DNA from: an uncultured Pseudomonadales bacterium
Lineage (GTDB): Bacteria > Patescibacteriota > Microgenomatia > UBA1400 > PJMF01
Length of the DNA: 32,105 bases
Direction: 5' to 3'
NCBI GenBank assembly: GCA_964464985.1
Contig: CAYXJQ010000066.1
Span: forward strand, 1 to 32,105
The notes under the pieces are model-generated. The model had not been told where the DNA came from and searched no databases. It saw only the letters and a list, made by a program, of their open reading frames with translations. Positions 19,710 through 26,879 of the stretch are shown in pieces (position 1 is the first letter of the stretch; the number at the start of each line of letters is the position of its first letter). The translations under genes were made by a program, and so were the position numbers.

Positions 19710-20057
19710 ATGCAGAAAAAAAATAAAACTCAGCCCTACCACAGCACTCCCTTTGGGGAATACTTTAAAATTCTTGACAAAATCGACAAGGGTAAACGCT
19801 ACTCCAAGGAGTTTGGTTCAATTATGATTTTAAGCTTACTTGAAGAACTGGGAGAAATGTCTAGAGCCTATTTAGCAGAGCATGGGCGTAAAAAAACAAA
19901 TATTGCTGCTCAAACAGACGAGTCTTATGAGCAAGAGCTCGGCGACCTATTAGTTACCATTTTGCGTTTCGCCAGAATCAAAAACATTAATCTTCATGAT
20001 CGCATTATTTACACTCTCAAAAAAATTGAAGCGCGAAAAACCAAGGCTAAAAAATAA
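19710..20057 (+). CDS. MazG-like nucleotide pyrophosphohydrolase (small all-alpha NTP-PPase)
   Basis: LLEELGEMSRAYL...ELGDLLVTILRFA matches the EExxE...D metal-binding helices of the MazG/all-alpha NTP-PPase fold. Confidence 0.65.
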   Translation: MQKKNKTQPYHSTPFGEYFKILDKIDKGKRYSKEFGSIMILSLLEELGEMSRAYLAEHGRKKTNIAAQTDESYEQELGDLLVTILRFARIKNINLHDRIIYTLKKIEARKTKAKK

Positions 20058-20083
20058 AAAAATTTCTGTTATATAATAGCCGA

Positions 20084-20458
20084 ATGTCCAGAAGACACAG
20101 CTTGGAAACACTTTTTGAAAAAGAGGCTAAAGCAGCTGGATTTTTAGTTAAACAAGCTAAATCAATTAGAGTCAAAGAACCTGTTAAAAACAGTAATGGA
20201 AAAAAACCCAAAATTGTTACCAATCCAGATTTTTTCGTAATTGATCCAGAAACTAAACGGGGAGTTCACGTTGAGATAGGCAATGGCAAAGGCAATAATG
20301 GCCATAAAGCAGCTCAAATGAGAGTAATTAAAAAAGCTGGTGTAGAAAATTATGTACAACTCACCGGACATCAAGTTCTTGAACTTAAAAAAACAAAAAA
20401 CACTAAAGAAAAAAAATCCTTATTAGCAAAAATGCTCTATTTAATGCTTATTTTCTAA
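20084..20458 (+). CDS. hypothetical protein with PD-(D/E)xK nuclease-like motif
   Basis: E12...AGFLV...NPDFFVID...VHVEIGNGK resembles the E / PD / (D/E)xK arrangement of Hjc-type or restriction-endonuclease-fold proteins. TATAAT (20072-20077) lies 6 nt upstream of the ATG. Confidence 0.4.
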   Translation: MSRRHSLETLFEKEAKAAGFLVKQAKSIRVKEPVKNSNGKKPKIVTNPDFFVIDPETKRGVHVEIGNGKGNNGHKAAQMRVIKKAGVENYVQLTGHQVLELKKTKNTKEKKSLLAKMLYLMLIF

Positions 20459-20470
20459 AAAAAGCGTTTA

Positions 20471-20908
20471 CTATTTACCTCTCAGCCACATCGCAGATAA
20501 ATAAATGCTTACAATGATTGACAATACAGCAATACATTGCCAAAAAATTTGATATATAAACCAAATTGAATCATTTTTAAAAAATTTATAACCCATTAAG
20601 TTTTCTGGTTTGTTGCGATGAGTGTTTGCAAATTGCTCATTAATCCAATAAATAGTTTTTCCCATACTTCTAACAATCCAAAAAATAGAAATGCTTAAAA
20701 CAAATAACAAATAATCATTAAGTAAATAAGAAAGCACAGCAACAAAAAACCAAAAAAATCCAATAACAAATGCATCACCCCAAACAAAAATCCCCATCCA
20801 AGAAAGATAGGGAGTTAATTTAAACGTATTTCCCTTTTTTGTTGATTCAAAAAAACCTCTTAATCCAATTAAAGCGGCGAACAAAGCATAAATTAAGATA
20901 AATATCAT
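20471..20908 (-). CDS. small integral membrane protein (4 predicted helices), unknown function
   Basis: 145-aa ORF dominated by hydrophobic segments, with no recognisable motif. Confidence 0.5.
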   Translation of the reverse strand: MIFILIYALFAALIGLRGFFESTKKGNTFKLTPYLSWMGIFVWGDAFVIGFFWFFVAVLSYLLNDYLLFVLSISIFWIVRSMGKTIYWINEQFANTHRNKPENLMGYKFFKNDSIWFIYQIFWQCIAVLSIIVSIYLSAMWLRGK

Positions 20909-20913
20909 TAGTG

Positions 20914-21165
20914 TTAATTCAAGCTATTTATTTTTTTTGCTAAAGCATGATCTTTATCCGTTATTTCATTTTTATCATGCGTATAAATCATAATTTTTAC
21001 TTTATTATAAGAATAAATCAAGATGTCTGGGTGATGACTGGCTTCTTCTGCTAGTTCCGCAACCTGATTAACGAAAGCAAGCGCTTTATCAAAATCTGCA
21101 AACTCAAATTCTTTAACTAACTTTCCATTTTTAACTTTCCAATTCATATAATTTGATTCTAACAA
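20914..21165 (-). CDS. pterin-4-alpha-carbinolamine dehydratase (PCD/DCoH)
   Basis: W..K.GKLVKEFEFADFDKALAFVNQVAELAEEASHHPDILIYSYNKVKIMIYTHD is the canonical PCD core with the HHPD motif. The true start may be the internal MNWKV. Confidence 0.8.
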   Translation of the reverse strand: MLESNYMNWKVKNGKLVKEFEFADFDKALAFVNQVAELAEEASHHPDILIYSYNKVKIMIYTHDKNEITDKDHALAKKINSLN

Positions 21166-21196
21166 TTTATATTTAATTTAACAAATTTACACTAAT

Positions 21197-21916
21197 TTAA
21201 TATGGCATTTTATTTTTTATCAATTCGACAATATTATTCCAAATAATTTCAGAAAAAACATTGAGGATTTTTTCAAATTTTTCTTTTGACATAGTTGATG
21301 CCAATTCATCTGGAGAAAAATTTAAATTGGCAGTAACTAAATCTACATTGTTTTCCAAATTTATTAAAGCTATCATTTTCTCTAAAGGAACTTGTTGTTT
21401 ACCACATTTTCCCAACTGATAATAATTATCAAAATCATAGGGATGATCAGCATTTTTAAATTGAGCAATAACAAAAGCAAGTCTGTTTGCCATTAGTGTA
21501 TCTAATATTTGTTGTGTGCTAGCTTCTAATACAAGTGGAAGTGAATTAATATCTAAACCAATACTCTCTTTAATAAATCTTTGAGTTGCTTGCTCAAAAC
21601 CTGAAATTATATCTTGTTTGCATTCTTCTGGAATAAAGGGAGCAAGAGTATTAAAAGAAAGATTTTTAAGTTTCTCAACTTCTGGATATTTTGAAATACT
21701 TGAAGGTATAAAATTATTTGGGTGAGACAAAGAAACTGCATCTCCATTTTCAATTCCCTCTTTTATTTCTTTTTTTGCAGCATTCACATCAACCGTGTGT
21801 CTTAGCCCCCATTTTTGACTTACAAGATAAATTAATTGTTGCCAAGAAATATTATTTGAGACTTCTTTTTTTTCAACTGGTGGTGAGAAATTATTTCTTT
21901 TTTCGTTTGAATCCAT
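21197..21916 (-). CDS. hypothetical protein
   Basis: 239-aa ORF with no recognisable motif. It is the last gene before the accessory region. Confidence 0.5.
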   Translation of the reverse strand: MDSNEKRNNFSPPVEKKEVSNNISWQQLIYLVSQKWGLRHTVDVNAAKKEIKEGIENGDAVSLSHPNNFIPSSISKYPEVEKLKNLSFNTLAPFIPEECKQDIISGFEQATQRFIKESIGLDINSLPLVLEASTQQILDTLMANRLAFVIAQFKNADHPYDFDNYYQLGKCGKQQVPLEKMIALINLENNVDLVTANLNFSPDELASTMSKEKFEKILNVFSEIIWNNIVELIKNKMPY

Positions 21917-21922
21917 AGATAA

Positions 21923-21931
21923 ATTATATCA
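21923..21931 (-). promoter_or_regulatory. extended -10 box (TGATATAAT on minus strand) 6 nt upstream of the ATG at 21916
   Basis: The reverse complement of 21923-21931 is TGATATAAT. The geometry is identical to the box at 670-678. Confidence 0.4.
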
Positions 21932-21968
21932 TGGTAAAAAAAGGAGGATTTATAAGTATTTTTTTAAC

Positions 21969-22085
21969 TTGCTCCCCCTGATTGACGCATTTCGGAACAA
22001 AGAAATAGAGTTCGGATTCAGCTTACAAAATATCCAAACAGTATTTGAAACGTTCGATATTCAACCAGTCTATGCAACAACCTAG
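21969..22085 (+). other. start-less in-frame coding tail (candidate alternative C-terminus of the recombinase after excision; int-C-like fragment)
   Basis: From the core CTC CCC onward there are 37 sense codons (LPLIDAFRNKEIEFGFSLQNIQTVFETFDIQPVYATT) ending at TAG 22083-22085. There is no ATG or SD at usable spacing. The phase relative to CTC CC is the same as in the recombinase ORF at 28332. Confidence 0.35.
21970..21978. repeat. junction core J0: TGCTCCCCC, identical to the tRNA-Asn 3' end/flank at 32039-32047
   Basis: 9/9 identity in direct orientation. It sits exactly where host-like genes end and element genes begin. Related cores occur at 28331, 30459 and 31214. Confidence 0.5.
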
Positions 22086-22381
22086 CCTCTAAATGCTAGC
22101 CAAACTTGAACAATTGCTGTAATCACCGTTACCACCGTTAGAGCAAATATCGCTATCTGTAGCCGTCCGTTTTTCTTATCTAGTTCTTTAATCGTTGTTT
22201 CTAGTTTTGAAACAGTTCCTCGAACCTTCTTACTCTCTGCTTGATAGGTATTACTTAGTAAAACCAAGGCTTTGACCGTTCGTTCTAGTCGGTCATTGGT
22301 TGTGGCAGTAAGGTCGTTTGCATACCCGTTGCCCGTCTTTACTCTCTCTGGGAAGTTTAGTATTTCGTCTATTTCATCCAT
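22082..22381 (-). CDS. small tail-anchored membrane protein with coiled-coil
   Basis: 99 aa with a single C-terminal TM helix (LQIAIFALTVVTVITAIVQVWLAF). TATAAT (rc of 22388-22393) lies 6 nt upstream of the ATG. Divergent from the 22421 gene. Confidence 0.5.
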   Translation of the reverse strand: MDEIDEILNFPERVKTGNGYANDLTATTNDRLERTVKALVLLSNTYQAESKKVRGTVSKLETTIKELDKKNGRLQIAIFALTVVTVITAIVQVWLAFRG

Positions 22382-22420
22382 AAGATTATTATATCTCAGG
22401 TTGATAAAATGTGATATATA

Positions 22421-23488
22421 ATGATAAACAGAAATCGTATGAAAAAGTCAAAAGAAAAAGTAAAAAACGAGGTAATGCTTGAGCTTTCAGAAACAATTCT
22501 ATCTGACCTGGAAGATAGTAAGCCACTTGAAGAAATTATCTCGAAGTGTAAAAAACTTGCTCGTATGCGAAATGATGATAGTGCAATTAAATGGTTTTCC
22601 TTAGAATTAAATGGCTACGAATACACCTCTCTACCCCAAGGTACTCAATCTTCTGAAGTGTTCCCAATTGCTCTATCTGCTGGCAGAGGTTTTCAATATA
22701 CAAATCCAGTAACGAAATCAAACGAACCAAGGATGTGGCCTGAGTCAGTTTCCACAATAGAAGCACTAATAAGTAGTAGCCAAGTTGCATTAGAAAACCT
22801 AAAACCTCCAACCAACTACACCCCAGCTATTACAAAGGGTTCCGATACTGGTTTCCTCGCTGGTGCAACGTATGTTCAGGAATCTTACAGAGATGTTCTT
22901 AATTCCATTAGAGTTCAGCAAAACACCTTAACCAGCATAATCAATTCAAAAAAAGCTCTTCTTTCAAAAATCAGAAATAACGTCTACGACTATGTCCTCA
23001 CTCTAAACTTACAACTGAGGTTCGAGAATATTACCGAGTCACTTTTTCAACAAACAAAGATTGAAGTTGATAAACAGCTTCAAGAACTAGACCCCGACAT
23101 TATGAAAAAGTTTGTCGCAGCCTACGACAGACTTAGCTCGAAAAATTCCGAAGAGTGGTCTCAGGCAATGTCTTCCTGCAGGAACGCTCTAAAAGCTTTT
23201 GCTGATGCAGTTTTTCCCGCTCAAAAGAAAAAGCACAAAACAAAAGACAAAAGAGAGCTCGATGTCTCAGATATAAAGGTGAAAAACAGATTAATAGCTT
23301 ATATAGACAAACAGACTAAAGGCAACAAAAGAAGATTGTTGCTTTCAAGAGTTGGTGACCTAGAAAAGAGAATCCACAATATAGAAAATTTCTTATCCCA
23401 AGGTACGCACGAAGGCATAACGGAAAATGACGTGAATATGTGCATTATTGAGACCTACCTAATTATTGGCTCTCTTTTGGATATATAA
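22421..23488 (+). CDS. AbiTii-like (abortive-infection-associated N-terminal domain) protein
   Basis: The N-terminal helix pair LSETILSDLEDSKPLEEIISKCKKLARMRNDDSAIKWFSLELNGYEY resembles the AbiTii signature (...LLRK...LA......W...ELNGY). The rest is unassigned. The start may be ATG 22439, because a -10-like box overlaps 22421. Confidence 0.4.
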   Translation: MINRNRMKKSKEKVKNEVMLELSETILSDLEDSKPLEEIISKCKKLARMRNDDSAIKWFSLELNGYEYTSLPQGTQSSEVFPIALSAGRGFQYTNPVTKSNEPRMWPESVSTIEALISSSQVALENLKPPTNYTPAITKGSDTGFLAGATYVQESYRDVLNSIRVQQNTLTSIINSKKALLSKIRNNVYDYVLTLNLQLRFENITESLFQQTKIEVDKQLQELDPDIMKKFVAAYDRLSSKNSEEWSQAMSSCRNALKAFADAVFPAQKKKHKTKDKRELDVSDIKVKNRLIAYIDKQTKGNKRRLLLSRVGDLEKRIHNIENFLSQGTHEGITENDVNMCIIETYLIIGSLLDI

Positions 23489-23517
23489 ACAAAGATTTTT
23501 TGAAAACGTAATGAAAT

Positions 23518-24231
23518 ATGCCAAAGCTATCTAAGAAAAAACTCACACTCGGACAAATAAGCGAGCTCTCGCCAGAAGAGCAAACTAAGATTTTTGAACC
23601 CATCGTAAAAGCAAATTCTGAACAGTTTCGCCAACTCGCCAATACTCTTGCAGAAACCGCTAACTTTGCAAAATCCATCGGCTCTATAGCTTCATCGATA
23701 AAGCTCCCTATTTTGGACTTGGTGCAAAGTTTTCAACTACCAGAATTACCGATATATGAACCTCCTAAATTGCCAGATATTAGCTTTGAAAGATATGACC
23801 CACCTGTAACTATCAAAAAATCAAAGTGGGAACTTAAGCAAGAAGCAAGAGAGGCTTATCGAACTGAGCTACAAATTCAGGTGCTCGAACAACAACTCAA
23901 TATCTATAAAGGTATGATTGCTCCTCAATATGATATAAATACTGGCGTTATTACTTTTATGGGTAAAAAGATAGAAATTCCTCTCAACACCCAACTAGAA
24001 ATGGTCTGCCGTGTAGTTTTGAAAAACTCTACAAATATGAAAAAGAAGTGGTCTTGGGATGAAGTAATTGAAGCAAATCGAGAATTGCCCGAGAATTTTA
24101 CCTCACGACAAATATATAACGCCTCTCGTTCAATCAACGATAAGGTAGCCATAGAAACACAAGTAAAAGATTTTCTTCTAACAAAACCTCTCTCAACAGT
24201 TCAGTTAAACCCCCAATTCCTGACTAAATAA
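23518..24231 (+). CDS. hypothetical protein with C-terminal OmpR/PhoB-type winged-helix-like region
   Basis: The C-terminal ITFMGKKIEIPLNTQLEMVCRVVLKN...WSWDEVIEA...SRQIYNASRSINDKV...VQLNP follows the trans_reg_C spacing pattern. The N-terminal half is unassigned. Confidence 0.35.
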   Translation: MPKLSKKKLTLGQISELSPEEQTKIFEPIVKANSEQFRQLANTLAETANFAKSIGSIASSIKLPILDLVQSFQLPELPIYEPPKLPDISFERYDPPVTIKKSKWELKQEAREAYRTELQIQVLEQQLNIYKGMIAPQYDINTGVITFMGKKIEIPLNTQLEMVCRVVLKNSTNMKKKWSWDEVIEANRELPENFTSRQIYNASRSINDKVAIETQVKDFLLTKPLSTVQLNPQFLTK

Positions 24232-24251
24232 TTAGCTAACTTTAGCTACTA

Positions 24252-24310
24252 CCCTGTTTTATATCCTAATCGGTAATGAGTACCGAAAAAGTAACGACCA
24301 GTAAACAGGG
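24252..24310 (+). other. structured non-coding element (8-bp closing stem enclosing a 5-bp hairpin)
   Basis: CCCTGTTT (24252-24259) pairs with AAACAGGG (24303-24310). The inner hairpin is CGGTA-atgag-TACCG (24271-24285). It lies between the 23518 gene and the replication/recombination operon. Confidence 0.35.
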
Positions 24311-24330
24311 GTGTAACTTCTCTTCAGCAG

Positions 24331-24358
24331 AACTCAGCAAATTGACTGAGTTTTTTTT
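24331..24358 (+). terminator. rho-independent terminator
   Basis: AACTCAG (24331-24337) pairs with CTGAGTT (24346-24352) around an 8-nt loop, running into eight consecutive T (24351-24358). Confidence 0.6.
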
Positions 24359-24411
24359 GTTGCTCATCAAGATAGATAAGAAAAACAAAGCCAGAAAGGA
24401 GGTGAAACGTT

Positions 24412-24630
24412 ATGCCAATCAAAGCATTCGGCAAAACTGTAAGCAGAGATAAAGCTTACAAAATCATTATCAATGACAAGATTTGTGACATTTGCCACGC
24501 TCGCAACACTGACACACTAGAAGATTTGCTTATGTTCGGCTGGAAGTCTCTTAAAAAATGGACAGACCAAGAGCTTGAAGATTTTATAAGTGAACTTCTC
24601 ATTGAGAATCAACCAAACGGGAAAATATGA
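24412..24630 (+). CDS. small hypothetical protein, first gene of the replication/recombination operon
   Basis: 72 aa with a strong SD, GAAAGGAGGTG, 7-8 nt upstream. ATGA overlap with the next gene. Confidence 0.55.
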   Translation: MPIKAFGKTVSRDKAYKIIINDKICDICHARNTDTLEDLLMFGWKSLKKWTDQELEDFISELLIENQPNGKI

Positions 24631-24923
24631 AAGCAACAATAAGCGAAGTCCAAATTACACCAGTAAAAGCAAACGAAGGTTTAGTTGGGTTTGCCAGCTT
24701 CGTTTATAATGACAGCTTTTATTTTGGGTCAATCGGTATCTACACCAGACCGCAAGGTGGGTATCGATTGACCTACCCCACTCGTAAGAGTAGCAAGGGT
24801 AATTTCAATATCTTTCATCCCATTAACCGAGAAGTATCGGAACAAATCGAAAAGGTAATTATTTCAAAGTTTGAAAACGTAACGAAAATGTATGTTAGAC
24901 ACAATAGTTTTAACACTAAGTAA
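24627..24923 (+). CDS. spoVG: SpoVG family nucleic-acid-binding protein
   Basis: ISEVQITPVKANEGLVGFASFVYNDSFYFGSIGIYTRPQGGYRLTYPTRKS...FHPINREVSEQIEKVI is collinear with SpoVG (V.l......l.a.asi.ld..f.v..i.v......g.fv.mPsrk.....f.di.HPin...r..i...v). Confidence 0.65.
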   Translation: MKATISEVQITPVKANEGLVGFASFVYNDSFYFGSIGIYTRPQGGYRLTYPTRKSSKGNFNIFHPINREVSEQIEKVIISKFENVTKMYVRHNSFNTK

Positions 24924-26055
24924 GAGTATGTTTATACTTAACGACCCAGACAAATTTGAACCGTCGGCAAAGCATATTTTGGATGCTAATTCGTCTCTTG
25001 GTGGTCGTGGATACTTCTCAGCAAAACAGAACCCCACTCGAACAGAATTAAAAAATGGATATTACAAACCTCGTCTTACTCTTACTAATCGCTATAACCA
25101 CACAGGCAGACGAGAAGCCAGCCTGAAGATAGAGCTATCTTTACCTAAATTACTGTTTGGTAATAATTTTGATGAACTAACCACTAAAGACTTTGAAGCC
25201 GTTACTAAACTTCTGCAAACTCGACTTAAAGAAATGGGTGTACTGGTTTTTATGCCCTTACTAGAAAATGCACCAGTATCTGCAATTCACTACTCGAAAA
25301 ACATACCTTTGACTGACGGCACAACACCCCACTTTCTAATCAGCAAGATAAAAGAAGCAAATATAAAGCTTTCACTCGATGTAAACCAAACCGATTACCG
25401 TAATGACGGGCATAGCTACAAATGGCACGCTAATTCATACGAGGTAGCCTTCTACGATAAGCTAAGAGACTACGAGACAGCCAAGAAAAGTGAAAAGCGA
25501 GCGATAGAGAAAGATAATGCTATTCAATTAAATTTGTTCGAAAAGCTTGAAGAAAGACAAAAGTTTGAGGTCTTACGAATTGAAGTGAGACTAAACAGAC
25601 GCCAAAAAATCAGGCAAATACTCAAGAAGATAGATATTCAAGTCGAACCAACCTATAAAGAACTATTCGATACTAGCATTGCTCAAAAAGTTCTTATTCA
25701 CTACCTCGACGAGTTGGAAGATAGACGCTTGCCATTACTGGATTACAAACCAAGGAGCCCAAAATCATTATTAACCGACCTGATTATCAACAATCCAAAT
25801 CTTGGTGTGCTAAAAACAATCCAGCTCTATGGGTTAAAACAAATCTTCGATGAAGTACCACCCCGTGAGCTACGACAAATGTTCAATGGTTATAGCCAAA
25901 GAAGCTGGTATAGGCTCGTTGCTGAAGCCAAAAAGGTCAAATTGCCAAATACACCCAGCCCACTTGAGATAATCCGTAAACACCTAACAGATTTTGAGCC
26001 ATTAAGACTAGTTGATTTTCAGGACTTAATGTTAAATAATGATAAATATAACTAA
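24892..26055 (+). CDS. rolling-circle replication initiator-like protein (Rep_trans / phage gene II-CRI superfamily)
   Basis: MLDTIVLTL opening, YKWHANSYEVAFYDKLRDYE (compare ...lriYDK..E) and FEVLRIEVRLNRRQ (compare tRfE..lr) resemble the conserved blocks of these initiators. Overlaps the spoVG-like gene by 32 nt. Confidence 0.45.
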   Translation: MLDTIVLTLSKSMFILNDPDKFEPSAKHILDANSSLGGRGYFSAKQNPTRTELKNGYYKPRLTLTNRYNHTGRREASLKIELSLPKLLFGNNFDELTTKDFEAVTKLLQTRLKEMGVLVFMPLLENAPVSAIHYSKNIPLTDGTTPHFLISKIKEANIKLSLDVNQTDYRNDGHSYKWHANSYEVAFYDKLRDYETAKKSEKRAIEKDNAIQLNLFEKLEERQKFEVLRIEVRLNRRQKIRQILKKIDIQVEPTYKELFDTSIAQKVLIHYLDELEDRRLPLLDYKPRSPKSLLTDLIINNPNLGVLKTIQLYGLKQIFDEVPPRELRQMFNGYSQRSWYRLVAEAKKVKLPNTPSPLEIIRKHLTDFEPLRLVDFQDLMLNNDKYN

Positions 26056-26056
26056 T

Positions 26057-26227
26057 ATGACTGAAGAGAAATACTATTCCATTGAAGAAGTCGCAAAAAT
26101 GCTTAAAGTCGCCTACCTGACTGTTTATCGTTGGGTACGAGCCAAGCGATTGAATGCTTATAAAGCAGGCAAGCAGTATCGAATCAAAAAAGAAGACTTA
26201 GAGAAGTTTATGAAAGAAAAAGTATGA
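26057..26227 (+). CDS. excisionase-family helix-turn-helix DNA-binding protein (MerR-like HTH_17 type)
   Basis: YYSIEEVAKMLKVAYLTVYRWVRAKRLNAYKAGKQYRIKKEDLEKFM is the classic excisionase/HTH_17 pattern. ATG 26057 follows the Rep stop directly, whereas the track ORF opens at 26039. Confidence 0.75.
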   Translation: MTEEKYYSIEEVAKMLKVAYLTVYRWVRAKRLNAYKAGKQYRIKKEDLEKFMKEKV

Positions 26228-26877
26228 AATTTAAGCTAAGAGAAAACAACAGAGACATCAAAGACGACGAACTCCTTAATGACCTTAAAAGGGTTGCAAA
26301 GTTGTTAAACAAAAAATCGATAACTCAAAAAGAATACAACGAAAATGGAAAATTCACCCACGGAACTCTATGTACACGTTTTGGCTCCTGGAACAATTCA
26401 CTCGAGAAAGCAGGCTTAAAAGTAAGTAGAGAAATGTTTATTCCAAATGAAATTTTGTTCGAAAACCTAGAAAGAGTTTGGCGCACTATTGGCAGACAGC
26501 CGACATACACCGAAATGCGCAAGCCATTATCTGATTATTCTGTAAGTGTTTACGAACGTCGTTTTGGTGGTTGGACTAAAGCTTGTATCAAATTTATTAA
26601 ACTGAAGGAAGGCGATTTAGAGTTTGAAAAAGTTGTTCGAGAAAACAAGCCCCTCTTAAATAAACGTTATATTAGTGAAAAAAAGAGATTAAAAGTATTG
26701 AAGAGAGACAACTACAAATGTCAAAAATGTGGAAGAAGCCCTGCTACACACAGAGAGCTATTTTTACATATCGACCACATCAAACCTTTTACAAAAGGTG
26801 GCGATAATTCGGTTGAAAATTTACAAACACTTTGTAATAAGTGCAATCTTGGGAAAAATAATGATGAAACTGTTTAA
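26224..26877 (+). CDS. HNH endonuclease with two N-terminal homing-endonuclease-associated repeats
   Basis: The repeats are ITQKEYNENGKFTHGTLCTRFGSWNNSLEKAGL and PTYTEMRKPLSDYSVSVYERRFGGWTKACI. The HNH core is YKCQKCGRS...HIDHIKPFTKGGDNSVENLQTLCNKCNLGKNN. ATGA overlap with the upstream gene, and the stop lies 2 nt before the recombinase ATG. Confidence 0.85.
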   Translation: MKFKLRENNRDIKDDELLNDLKRVAKLLNKKSITQKEYNENGKFTHGTLCTRFGSWNNSLEKAGLKVSREMFIPNEILFENLERVWRTIGRQPTYTEMRKPLSDYSVSVYERRFGGWTKACIKFIKLKEGDLEFEKVVRENKPLLNKRYISEKKRLKVLKRDNYKCQKCGRSPATHRELFLHIDHIKPFTKGGDNSVENLQTLCNKCNLGKNNDETV

Positions 26878-26879
26878 TT

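Noticed and set aside
21941-21948. Strong Shine-Dalgarno-like AAGGAGGA without an ORF
   Set aside because: There is no ATG, GTG or TTG at 5-10 nt spacing; the nearest TTG is 20 nt away. It is most simply A/G-rich flank downstream of the former tRNA site, so it is not called as a gene start.
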